Both the position numbers and the translations under genes were made by a program. Below the pieces are notes generated by a model, which saw only the letters and a program-made list of their open reading frames with translations, was not told where the DNA came from and made no database searches. A DNA stretch of 63,677 nucleotides, counting the filler, from a candidate division TA06 bacterium SM23_40 (GTDB lineage Bacteria; LJUI01; SM1-40), in NCBI GenBank assembly GCA_001303705.1. It is 6 parts of 6 records of this genome, joined end to end, with 100 filler letters (N's around TTAATTAATTAA, not from the genome) between each part and the next. Parts side by side here need not be neighbours in the genome. Positions count along the whole stretch, not along the records: positions 1 to 18,774 come from LJUI01000037.1; 5 more parts are not named here. One strand, written 5' to 3'. Positions 1-8,651 of the stretch are shown here, one piece after another. Positions within the stretch are counted from its first letter, which is position 1. Every line of letters starts with the position of its first letter.

Positions 1-62
1 AGATTTGCCGAAGCTGTGAGCGCTAGGGCGGTCGCCAGCGAAGCAATGCTTGGAAAGCCCAT
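1..62 (-). CDS. 5' end of a probable secreted protein (runs off window edge)
   Basis: Minus strand reads GAAAGGAG-N8-ATG followed by MGFPSIASLATALALTASAN, which looks like a signal peptide. Confidence 0.45.
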   Translation of the reverse strand, partial: MGFPSIASLATALALTASAN

Positions 63-300
63 ACGGCAATCTCCTTTCGCTCCAGACGGCGCTAACATGG
101 CCTTGCTCGGTCAAGCGCGAGTCAAGTGAGTCTCGCTGGGACCGCTTCCTGCTCATTTTCAAGAAAGGCTCACTCGAGAGACCCCAGGGAGGGGGAGATG
201 CGTGTCAATCAGATACGGCAGAGCGCCGTTGCGCGCCGCGGACCTGCGTACCACTCTTATGCTGTAGCCTGTGGCCCTGCACCATCCGCCTGGGAGTGGC

Positions 301-813
301 ATGGAAAGGCCAGACTGGAGAGCGATTCGCGGCGGACTGATACCGTGGTCGGCCTCGGAATATCACGAGGTCCTGGAAGAGGCACATCGCCTCATGCAGA
401 CTCCTCACGACGATTGGGATCGTCGGCCCCAGAGATTCACCATCTATGACGAGGACACCGGCGAGGAGCAGGCACTCGAGGTCGACGTTGACAATGTTGC
501 CTTCCAGATCGACAACCTGATCCTCAAGCGCTACGCCGATCAGCCTCAAGATGTGGTCCTGAGTCACGTCTACAGGTTTCGCATGATCTTCAGGTTCATA
601 GAGGACAACCTCGAACGGCTCGTGGTAGAAGGACTCATAAAGGACGAGCCCGAAGCGATGCAGGTCGCCGAGGGACTGATTGAGGTGCTCGCGACGGCGA
701 GGTACGAAGCCACCAGGATCGAGGGCGACGAAGAGGTCAGCGTTTTCGATTGCGATCAGGTTGTGGACGGAGCCAAGCGGTTACAAGGAGACATGGAAGA
801 GGAATCGAGCTGA
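301..813 (+). CDS. hypothetical acidic protein
   Basis: Open frame with GGGAG before ATG301 and protein-like composition; no family recognised. Confidence 0.65.
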   Translation: MERPDWRAIRGGLIPWSASEYHEVLEEAHRLMQTPHDDWDRRPQRFTIYDEDTGEEQALEVDVDNVAFQIDNLILKRYADQPQDVVLSHVYRFRMIFRFIEDNLERLVVEGLIKDEPEAMQVAEGLIEVLATARYEATRIEGDEEVSVFDCDQVVDGAKRLQGDMEEESS

Positions 814-857
814 CCGTCGCCGCGCGATCGCTGCAGAGAGCCTTCGCTGCACAGAGC

Positions 858-1355
858 CTACGGCGCCGAACGCGTCGCCGTGACCGACACCTCGAGGTCG
901 TAGTCGATATCGTCGCAGGTTAGCGGGACCGTTCCGGATTCCGCGATCAGCTCATCGCCCGAGAATGTTCCGGTGAGGTTCTGGCCAGCCTGGCCGCTGC
1001 ACGTGAGACCTGTAGCGCCCGTCTCGTCGTTGATCCACTCCTCGAAGAGACCCCTGATTGTCACGGCCCCACTCGCCTGGACTGTACCGGTAAAGCCACC
1101 TGCCGCGGCCCTGCAATCCGAGGGCTGGATAGTGAAGTCGCCTGAGAAGTTCTGACCCCGCTGGCCGGTGATGCGCAGAGTGCCCGGGCAGGTGCCGGAA
1201 CTGCCCCCTCCTGTGAAGGTGGTCTCGAAGCTGTAGGTGGCGTCGTAGGTCCCCTTCACGTCCGGTGGAGTCGATGGCCCGGTACCGTCATCTCCGCAGC
1301 CGACCAGCGTCATTCCTAAGATCACGCCCAGCGCAATCTTGGCCGACGGCGTCAT
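858..1355 (-). CDS. hypothetical lipoprotein
   Basis: AGGAGG SD; signal peptide with lipobox LVGC; Thr/Gly-rich mature part. Confidence 0.75.
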   Translation of the reverse strand: MTPSAKIALGVILGMTLVGCGDDGTGPSTPPDVKGTYDATYSFETTFTGGGSSGTCPGTLRITGQRGQNFSGDFTIQPSDCRAAAGGFTGTVQASGAVTIRGLFEEWINDETGATGLTCSGQAGQNLTGTFSGDELIAESGTVPLTCDDIDYDLEVSVTATRSAP

Positions 1356-1422
1356 GCTATCCTCCTGAGCAGCGGTCCGCAGCCTGCAGTCAGAGCTGCA
1401 CCAGGACCGCAGTGTCTTCAGG

Positions 1423-2295
1423 TCACACGAATGCGAGGAGTGTGCTCACTCCCTGTCCCTGGAAGTACCGCACCATCTCTTGTGTCCCCGAGCTCTTCCC
1501 ATCCCAGAAGAGGATGATGAGGTCCGACTTGATGCAGAACAGCACATCACGCGGGCTCGGCCCTTCTACGCCCCTGGGCAGCGATTCAACGGAAGCGTCG
1601 AGGAACTTGAGTCTCCCTTCTTTGACCATTTCGCGTAGCCCCGGCGCGCAATCGAATCGGTCGTAGCCGACGGCGGCGACCTGCTGATCGTGCTTGAGCA
1701 GGAAACGAATCGCGGCAAGGTCCACGGTTCCTTCGGATCCCACCAGCCAAACCGTCTGCTCTGAGAGATACGGTGTGAGAAGACCCTCGATTCTTCGGCC
1801 GGCTGCGACTTCATCTGCGCGCATTGACCCGGTCACCGCGATGGTCCGCTGCTCGGCCATCGTAGAGGACGGCAACGTGGCGACGCCGGTCGTCTTCAAC
1901 TCGTAGCGGGCCAGTGTGTCGCGTACGGCTTTTGAGAGCTTGTCCTTGAGATCACCCAGCCGCTCGGGCGAGTATTCCAGAACACGGTGCGACCGGAGAT
2001 CGAAGGGCAGCGAGTCGATGTTCTGCCCGATCAGGATCGTCGGCTTTCCCAGTGCCATCGCGTAACCGGTCTCCCACATGACGTTGGGGTTGTCTCCGGT
2101 GACGTCCGCGATGCAGAAAGTCGCCTCGGCGAGCCCGTGCATGATGTCATCGGTGATCCTGCCTGCGGCGTGGACATCCTTGAGCCAATAGCAGTCGAAG
2201 TCGGTGTCGGGAACGGCACTGGCCGCCACCTCGCTGACGGCCTGGAAGACCGGGTCAAAGGCTTCGGCGAAGGGCATGATGACAAAGCACTTCAT
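1423..2295 (-). CDS. nucleoside 2-deoxyribosyltransferase (NDT/TIR-like) domain fused to a SLOG (Smf/DprA-LOG) domain
   Basis: N-terminal CFVIMPF and IADVTGDNPNVMWETGYAMALGKP, LPFDLRSHRVLEY; C-terminal IAVTGS, GSEGTVD, SDLIILFWDGKSSGT. Confidence 0.75.
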   Translation of the reverse strand: MKCFVIMPFAEAFDPVFQAVSEVAASAVPDTDFDCYWLKDVHAAGRITDDIMHGLAEATFCIADVTGDNPNVMWETGYAMALGKPTILIGQNIDSLPFDLRSHRVLEYSPERLGDLKDKLSKAVRDTLARYELKTTGVATLPSSTMAEQRTIAVTGSMRADEVAAGRRIEGLLTPYLSEQTVWLVGSEGTVDLAAIRFLLKHDQQVAAVGYDRFDCAPGLREMVKEGRLKFLDASVESLPRGVEGPSPRDVLFCIKSDLIILFWDGKSSGTQEMVRYFQGQGVSTLLAFV

Positions 2296-2567
2296 CTTTA
2301 TGACTCGCGAAGGTAGCGTTCAGCGGTAGACCGTTGCCAAAGTATAACTCTGAGATTCGGGGCGCCGTGCTTCAAATTGCGCTGCTCGCAGTCTCAGATC
2401 AATGAGCGGAGGGATAGTCTCGTTGGCTGGGGGCAGTGTCGGGGCCGGACCTAGTCAAGTGCGAGTCGAGCGATAGGATCGTCTGTCTAACCTGGGCCCC
2501 CGACTCCCGCCAGCGCCACAAGGGTGAGGAACGTGAGGGGACGTCCGAGGAGCTGGCGAGCTGGGGC

Positions 2568-2640
2568 GATCAGGTAGGCTATCACGTAGGTATCATGTCG
2601 ATCATGTGACGATCATGCAGCTATCATTTGGCTATCATGT
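2568..2640. repeat. degenerate ~11-bp tandem repeat (ATCA core x7) starting at the clc stop codon
   Basis: ATCA at 2569, 2581, 2592, 2601, 2612, 2623, 2634; the last copy contains the minus-strand TGA of clc. Confidence 0.6.
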
Positions 2641-4689
2641 GGTGGGCCGGGGCACACCGCGGCGTAGATGGGAAAGCTCTTCATCCGGGCCCAACACCAG
2701 CATGATGTCACCTGGCTGGAAGACGTAGTCCGGCGTCGGGGCCGCGTTGATGCGGTCCTCGCCGGGCGCGGAAGTCTGTTTGATCATCAGGACGCTGACC
2801 CCGAAGTTGCGGCGGATGTCCAACTCGCCGATCGTCTTGCCGACGAAGCCCGCGGGGACGTCGATCTCGGCGACCACCGTGTGACGCTCGGTCGGCACCA
2901 GGTCGACCTTCCTCTCTCCGGTCACCGCTGACGCCACGCTGCCGGCCATGTCGCGCTTGAACACCTCGGTGTGGTAGCGCTCGATGACATCCTGCGGCCA
3001 GATCACACCCGCGAGGCGCCCGTTCTCGAGGACCGGCACCTCGCCGCGGTACGAGCTCAGAAAACGCATTACGTCGGCCAGCGAGCGGTCCGGGGTCACC
3101 GCCGGGAAGTCGGTTTCGGCCACGTCTTCTGCGATGACCAGCAGCTCGAAGCAGGCCGGGTCCCTCATCACCGGTCGTATATCGTCGGCGGTGATGACGC
3201 CTTCCAGACGGTCGTTCTCATCGACGACGAACAGGGTGCTGCCGGGATGATCGATGAACTTCGAGATGAGGGAATAGAGATCGGCATCTGGGCTAACGGT
3301 GACCACGTCGGTGCGCATCACCTCACGCACGGGCACGTGCTGGAGCACGTTCACCGCGCGGCCCCTTTGGATGTCGAGGCCGCGACGCACGAGCTTCATG
3401 GTGTAGATGGAGGCCCGCTGCACGCGGGTCGCCAGCAGCGTGCCGATGATGCAGCTGATCATCAGCGGCATGATGATCTTGTAGTCGCCCGTCATCTCGA
3501 AGATGATGAGGATGGCGGTGATCGGCGCGTGGGTGCCCGCGGCGACCACGGCGCCCATACCGACCAGTGCGTAGGCTCCCACGCCCGCCGTGCTGGTCGG
3601 CCAGAGGAGGTGGACTACGGTGCCGACGGCGCCGCCCAGCATGGCGCCGATGAACAGCGAGGGCGCGAAGATGCCGCCGGAGCCGCCGGATCCGATGGTG
3701 AGGGACACCGCGAGGATCTTGAGGACGACTAGAGCGGCCATGAACTGCCAGACGAGCCGACCGTGCAGCGCTTCGCCGATCGCCTCGTAACCGACGCCGA
3801 AGATCTGGGGCGCCCAGATGCCGATGACGCCGATGAGCGCGCCGCCGATCACGGTCTTCAGCGGAGGCGGCAACTTGATGCGGTCGAACAGGTCCTCGCA
3901 GCCGTAGAGGCTGCGGATGAAGGCGAGCGCCACGAGCCCGGCCAGGACTCCCAGGCCCGCGTAGGCGAAGAGTTCGGTCCAGTGGACCAGGCTGTACTCC
4001 GGGACCACGAAGGCCGGGAAGTCGCCCAGGAAATGGCGGCTCACGACGGTTGCGGCCACCGACGAGATGACGATCGGCGAGAACTGGGCGACGCCGAAGT
4101 CGCTGAGGATGATCTCCACGGCGAACAGCGCGCCGGCGACCGGCGCGTTGAAGGTCGCGGCGATCCCGGCGGCGGCGCCGCAGCCCACCAGCGTGCGCAG
4201 CCGCCGCCGATCGATCTTGAGCCACTGACCCAGCGCGGAGCCGAGCGCGGAGCCGATCTGCACGATCGGACCCTCACGGCCGACCGAGCCGCCGGAGCCG
4301 ATACAGATCCCGGAGGCGAACAGCTTGGCGATGACGACGCGCGGCCGGATGCGGCCGCCGCGCATCGCCACCGCCTCCATGACCTCGGGCACACCGTGCC
4401 CTTTGGCCTCGCGCGCGAACAAGTAGACGATGAGGCCGACGACGAGACCGCCGGCCGCCGGGGCCAGGATTTTCCACCAGAAAGGCAGGGCAGCGAGGTA
4501 GTCGAGCGTATAGGTGCCGCGCTGCCAGGCCAGCAACTGGATCAGCTGGATCAGCCGGCGGAAGGCGACGGCGGCGAGTCCACCCAGCACGCCGATCACC
4601 ACGGCCACCAGGACCATGTAGAGCCGCTCCGTCTCGCGGAGCCCGCGGTGCCAGGCTCTCAGGGTCGTGATCGCCGCCGTAATTCTCAT
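2635..4689 (-). CDS. ClC chloride channel/H+ antiporter with CBS pair and TrkA-C domain
   Basis: GHGVPE, GREGP and GGIFAP signature motifs; tandem CBS domains; C-terminal FVGKTIGELDIRR...FQPGD (TrkA-C). Confidence 0.92.
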   Translation of the reverse strand: MRITAAITTLRAWHRGLRETERLYMVLVAVVIGVLGGLAAVAFRRLIQLIQLLAWQRGTYTLDYLAALPFWWKILAPAAGGLVVGLIVYLFAREAKGHGVPEVMEAVAMRGGRIRPRVVIAKLFASGICIGSGGSVGREGPIVQIGSALGSALGQWLKIDRRRLRTLVGCGAAAGIAATFNAPVAGALFAVEIILSDFGVAQFSPIVISSVAATVVSRHFLGDFPAFVVPEYSLVHWTELFAYAGLGVLAGLVALAFIRSLYGCEDLFDRIKLPPPLKTVIGGALIGVIGIWAPQIFGVGYEAIGEALHGRLVWQFMAALVVLKILAVSLTIGSGGSGGIFAPSLFIGAMLGGAVGTVVHLLWPTSTAGVGAYALVGMGAVVAAGTHAPITAILIIFEMTGDYKIIMPLMISCIIGTLLATRVQRASIYTMKLVRRGLDIQRGRAVNVLQHVPVREVMRTDVVTVSPDADLYSLISKFIDHPGSTLFVVDENDRLEGVITADDIRPVMRDPACFELLVIAEDVAETDFPAVTPDRSLADVMRFLSSYRGEVPVLENGRLAGVIWPQDVIERYHTEVFKRDMAGSVASAVTGERKVDLVPTERHTVVAEIDVPAGFVGKTIGELDIRRNFGVSVLMIKQTSAPGEDRINAAPTPDYVFQPGDIMLVLGPDEELSHLRRGVPRPTT

Positions 4690-5019
4690 GGTTGCTCCAT
4701 CCAGCCTCGGAAATGGGGCCCAGATCAGGCAGGCCAGCCGGTGGGAACGCCGGGCCGCCCACTGGGGTAGTGTTCGCTGCCGGACCTGCGAGCGCAGCCG
4801 CGCCGCAAGGTCCTGCCACCCCCCCTGGAAGCCCCACGGGGAGCCCCGTGCGAAGAAGAGTCGTTCCTTGGCTCGACCCGCCCAAACTTAGGCAAGCCCG
4901 GATTGCGGTGCTATGCCTTCGTGTATCTTGCTGGCGCCGCCGTAAGCTGTATGGTCGCTGGCGCGGCCGCCTGATCGAGGCGCCCCCCGCCGATTGTGAG
5001 ACAAGGGGAGGGTTCTGAG

Positions 5020-6120
5020 ATGAAGGGTGCCGGGGAAGAGAAGCGACCGGCCAGCATTCTGATCGTTGATGACGAGGTCTCCGTTACCTCCCTCATCTCC
5101 AAGCAACTGAGGCGCGACGGGTTCGCCTGCCAGGAAGCGCTCTCGGCGGAGGAGGCGCTGGAGCACCTCGAGGGGAGCGACTTCGATGTGGTCGTCACCG
5201 ACATCAGGATGCCGCAGATGTCGGGGATCGACCTGCTGAAGATCGTGAAGCAGCGGGACCCCGAAGTCCAGGTCGTCATGATCACCGGCAACCCGAACGT
5301 CGATTTCGCCGTCGAGGCGATCCGCCTGCAGGCCGACGATTACCTGGTCAAGCCGTTCGAGCTCGGCCAGCTCAGTCACGCGGTGGCCCGGGCGCTGGAG
5401 CACCGCGAGCTGTTACAGGAGAACCGGCGCTACCGGGAGCGGTTGGAGATTCGCGTGGAAGAACAGTCGCAGGAGATCGAGCGGCTCTTCCTCGACGGGC
5501 TCTCCGCGCTCGCCGCGGCGATCGAGGCGCGTGACCGCTACACCGGCGGCCACGTGGACCGGGTCAGCCGCTACGCGTTGGCCACGGCCGACGCGATGGG
5601 GCTGGAGGATCAGAAGATGTGGGCCGTGTGGCTGGCCTCGATGTTCCATGACGTGGGCAAGCTGGCGATCCCCGACTCCATCCTCAACAAGCCGGGCCCG
5701 CTGACTGAGGAGGAGTACGCGGAGATGAAGCTGCACCCGGTGCTGGGGGCACAGATCGTGAAGCGGGCCTCGTTCCTCATCCCGGCGGCACTGGGCATCC
5801 TCCATCACCAGGAGCGTTGGGACGGCCGGGGCTACCCCTCGGGCCTCAGGGGCGACCAGATCTCCATCGAAGGCCGCATCCTCGCCGTGGCCGACGCCTT
5901 CGACGCCATGCTCACCGACCGTCCCTACCGACCGGCGCAGACCGAGGAGTACGCGGTGTCGGAGCTCGAGCGCTGCGCCGGTACCCAGTTCGATCCGGTG
6001 GTGGTGCGCGGCTTCCTGGAGGCCCGGGCCAATGGGTTCCCCGGCCCGTCGCCCCACGAGCAGTACCCGCTGCAGCGTGTGGCGGAGTGGTCGGGTAACG
6101 CGGGCAAGCGGGACTACTAA
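5020..6120 (+). CDS. response regulator with HD-GYP c-di-GMP phosphodiesterase domain (RpfG-like)
   Basis: REC motifs ILIVDDE, TDIRMP, KPF; HD-GYP motifs HDVGK, HHQERWDGRGYP, ADAFDAM. Confidence 0.92.
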   Translation: MKGAGEEKRPASILIVDDEVSVTSLISKQLRRDGFACQEALSAEEALEHLEGSDFDVVVTDIRMPQMSGIDLLKIVKQRDPEVQVVMITGNPNVDFAVEAIRLQADDYLVKPFELGQLSHAVARALEHRELLQENRRYRERLEIRVEEQSQEIERLFLDGLSALAAAIEARDRYTGGHVDRVSRYALATADAMGLEDQKMWAVWLASMFHDVGKLAIPDSILNKPGPLTEEEYAEMKLHPVLGAQIVKRASFLIPAALGILHHQERWDGRGYPSGLRGDQISIEGRILAVADAFDAMLTDRPYRPAQTEEYAVSELERCAGTQFDPVVVRGFLEARANGFPGPSPHEQYPLQRVAEWSGNAGKRDY

Positions 6121-6127
6121 CGCCGGG

Positions 6128-6156
6128 TTGACCCTCCAGAAGGTGGCGCGTAGATT
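6128..6156 (+). promoter_or_regulatory. sigma70-type promoter of tRNA cluster
   Basis: TTGACC-N17-TAGATT, 13 nt before tRNA-Thr. Confidence 0.7.
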
Positions 6157-6169
6157 GCCGTGTCCCGGC

Positions 6170-6241
6170 GCCACCGTAGCTCAATGGTAGAGCACGTCAT
6201 TCGTAATGACGGGGTTGTCGGTTCGAGTCCGACCGGTGGCT
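6170..6241 (+). tRNA. tRNA-Thr(CGT)
   Basis: Cloverleaf with GCCACCG/CGGTGGC acceptor, CGTCA-TTCGTAA-TGACG anticodon arm, GTTCGAGT T-loop; CCA not encoded. Confidence 0.95.
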
Positions 6242-6262
6242 CTTGGGGTTAGGTTCCCGTGT

Positions 6263-6335
6263 GCGGGCGTAGCTCAGTTGGCAGAGCGCAACCTTGCCAA
6301 GGTTGAGGTCGCCGGTTCGACCCCGGTCGCCCGCT
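6263..6335 (+). tRNA. tRNA-Gly(GCC)
   Basis: GCGGGCG/CGCCCGC acceptor, CAACC-TTGCCAA-GGTTG anticodon arm; CCA not encoded. Confidence 0.95.
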
Positions 6336-6433
6336 CTGCGGCGTATCCGAGGGATGCCCGGGGAGGAGGAAGCCAAGGGCGGGCTTACGGCCGGCCTGCG
6401 GTGTAAACTCTCCGGGCCTCTGACTATCGAAAG

Positions 6434-6507
6434 CGGGGAGTAGCTCAGCCCGGAAGAGCGCTGCGTTCGGGTCGCAGAGGCCGCGGGTTCAAATCCCGCC
6501 TCCCCGA
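6434..6507 (+). tRNA. tRNA-Pro(CGG)
   Basis: CGGGGAG/CTCCCCG acceptor, CTGCG-TTCGGGT-CGCAG anticodon arm; CCA not encoded. Confidence 0.95.
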
Positions 6508-6529
6508 TTCCCGCTCGCTGGTTGTTACT

Positions 6530-6603
6530 CGGGACGTGGCGCAGCCCGGTAGCGCGCCTGAATGGGGTTCAGGAGGTCGCGGGTTCGAATCCCGCCGTCC
6601 CGA
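6530..6603 (+). tRNA. tRNA-Pro(GGG), probable integration site
   Basis: CGGGACG/CGTCCCG acceptor, CCTGA-ATGGGGT-TCAGG anticodon arm; integrase starts 164 bp downstream. Confidence 0.95.
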
Positions 6604-6690
6604 TTACGATAACCTGCCGTAGACAAAGTAGTTAGAGTATCCAGATCCTCGCTTGTAACCCGCCCTTCTGGTCCCGCAGTGTCAAGAACA

Positions 6691-6719
6691 GTGACAAAAG
6701 GCTCACTTTGGGCTATATT
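6691..6719 (+). promoter_or_regulatory. putative integrase promoter overlapping a direct repeat
   Basis: GTGACA-N17-TATATT; CAGTG(T/A)CAA repeats at 6677-6685 and 6689-6697. Confidence 0.5.
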
Positions 6720-6766
6720 CATGGGCAGACCCGCCTTTCCAGTCCCGCCGAGGAGGCAATGCCCAC

Positions 6767-8011
6767 GTGGCCCGCAGGAAGCCGCGAAACCGCATCTACT
6801 GGCGAAGTCAGGGCAGGGCGCGTCGTGCCTACGGTGACTTCCGCGACTACTCCGATGTGGGAGGGGGCCGTGAGGCTCTTATCGCGCCGGGAGAGGCTCG
6901 GGCAACGACCGATCCTGACGTGGCTCAGAAGCTCGTAGCGGACAGGGTTAAGGAGCTAGAGTCTCGACGACGGAACAAGACCCTCCTCGGCCTTGAGAGA
7001 CCCGCCCGGCTCGGGGAGTTCGCGCAACATCACCTGACCGAGAAAGCCAAGAGCGGGAATGTCAGCGAAGCGTGGTTGGCTCAGAGTCAGTACCAGTTGC
7101 AGGCTGCTCTCGAATTCCTCGGTGACCGCGATCTTACTTCCATCCGTGTCTACGATGTCCAGAGGTTCGCGAACCATCTGAGGCAACTTGGAAATGGTCG
7201 CGGCGGCAAGCTCAGTAGTGCAACCATCAGGCTGTACCTGAACTCCCTGTCCAACCTCTACACTCGCGCTGCCAGCGAGGGATGCGTGCCACCCGGATAC
7301 AATCCGGTGTCGGCGATCATGGACAAGCCGGTGGCGCGTCGGAGGGAGGCACGTTGGCTTGAGATTCACGAGGCTGCTCTGCTTCTTGAATCGGCGCGGA
7401 TCTATCGACCGCAGGCTGATGCCTTTCCGTTCATGTATCCTCTCCTCGCGACCTTCCTGCTCACAGGCGGACGCAAAGCCGAAGTCCTCGGCCTCGAAGT
7501 GGAGGACGTAAGCTTCGACCGTAGGACCGTGACGTTCCGGCCCAACAAATGGCGGGGATTGAAGACGAGCACCAGTCACCGGAGCGTACCATTGTGGCCT
7601 CAAGTCGAAGAGATCCTCAGGGAGTACGTGTTCGGCGGAGAGGCTCCCCTCGGCTCGCTGCTGTTCCCATCAGCGCGTGGTCGAGAGGATCTGATGATTA
7701 CCGACCTGCGGAAATCGCTGGATGCGATAGCTGCGAAGGCCGGTTGGAAGGCTGGTGAGATCAGGACAAAGATCTTTCGGCACACGTACTGCGCCACTCG
7801 CCTTCAGACCCTAGATCGTGGAGCACCCGTCAGCGAGTACACGGTCGCCAAGGAACTCGGACACGGTGGGCGGGCGATGGTCGAGCGGGTCTACGGTCAC
7901 TTGGGGCAGGTCAGGCACCGTGCCGAGGTGGTCGAGTACAGGGTAGAGCAACATCGGGATGTGTTGGGTGAACGGTTGACCGCTCTTCAGGCATCGGGGG
8001 CAACACGATAG
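6767..8011 (+). CDS. tyrosine recombinase/integrase
   Basis: Catalytic motifs LLTGGRKAEV (R), LKT (K), KIFRHTY, LGH, RVYGH (Y); GAGGAGG SD before GTG. Confidence 0.92.
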   Translation: MARRKPRNRIYWRSQGRARRAYGDFRDYSDVGGGREALIAPGEARATTDPDVAQKLVADRVKELESRRRNKTLLGLERPARLGEFAQHHLTEKAKSGNVSEAWLAQSQYQLQAALEFLGDRDLTSIRVYDVQRFANHLRQLGNGRGGKLSSATIRLYLNSLSNLYTRAASEGCVPPGYNPVSAIMDKPVARRREARWLEIHEAALLLESARIYRPQADAFPFMYPLLATFLLTGGRKAEVLGLEVEDVSFDRRTVTFRPNKWRGLKTSTSHRSVPLWPQVEEILREYVFGGEAPLGSLLFPSARGREDLMITDLRKSLDAIAAKAGWKAGEIRTKIFRHTYCATRLQTLDRGAPVSEYTVAKELGHGGRAMVERVYGHLGQVRHRAEVVEYRVEQHRDVLGERLTALQASGATR

Positions 8012-8120
8012 ACGTGGTTTGGCCGACTTAGCACATCCGATCTCCCGGCTGGCGGCACTCAAGCGCCAGCCAGAGATCGGAGGCGGTCTCAGGGTAGCCC
8101 ATGCAGCCTTCCCCGCAACC

Positions 8121-8438
8121 CTACGTTAGAACTACTCGGTTCTCAGGACCGCTCACGCTTGAGCGGGGGGTCTGTTTGTCGTAGGCATATGCACCGTTGG
8201 GCAAGACGAATGCCTTCGCAACCTTGTCGGCCTCGGCTGACCCTAGCTCGTCGGCGGCCCAACGCCAAGTTTCACGAATGAGGGTATAGGTGCCTCGTTT
8301 CCCCTCGTAGCTTGAACCGTAGTTCGTATGAATGCCGTTGCGGTTCAGGTGCTCAGCTAACTCATCCCCCGACATGGTCATACCGTGGTGCCTCAGGAAG
8401 TCAGCGAGCTTCCACACGTAGAGCTTCTTGTTAGTCAT
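8121..8438 (-). CDS. small hypothetical protein, possibly helical DNA-binding
   Basis: Strong AAGGAGG SD; ELAEHLNRNGIHT segment resembles HTH/recombinase-type DNA-binding helices. Confidence 0.65.
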   Translation of the reverse strand: MTNKKLYVWKLADFLRHHGMTMSGDELAEHLNRNGIHTNYGSSYEGKRGTYTLIRETWRWAADELGSAEADKVAKAFVLPNGAYAYDKQTPRSSVSGPENRVVLT

Positions 8439-8651
8439 CTTACCTCCTTGTTAGTCCGCTCTCCCAACACATAAGCGTCGTTTCTCTCTTATCCGGTCGC
8501 CGAACCTTAGCGTGCTCTCGGCCCAAGGGTGGGTGGCTTGACATCTCAGTGTCGATTGCCCGTAGCTCAAGGGGCAACATATATTTGCGGTACTAGAGAA
8601 GCTGATGTCTCCCCCGCAGCCTAGCATCCCTACTCCTGCAAACGACACTCA

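Noticed and set aside
6170..6603. tRNA genes lacking encoded CCA as pseudogenes
   Set aside because: Cloverleaves are intact; CCA is added enzymatically in many bacteria
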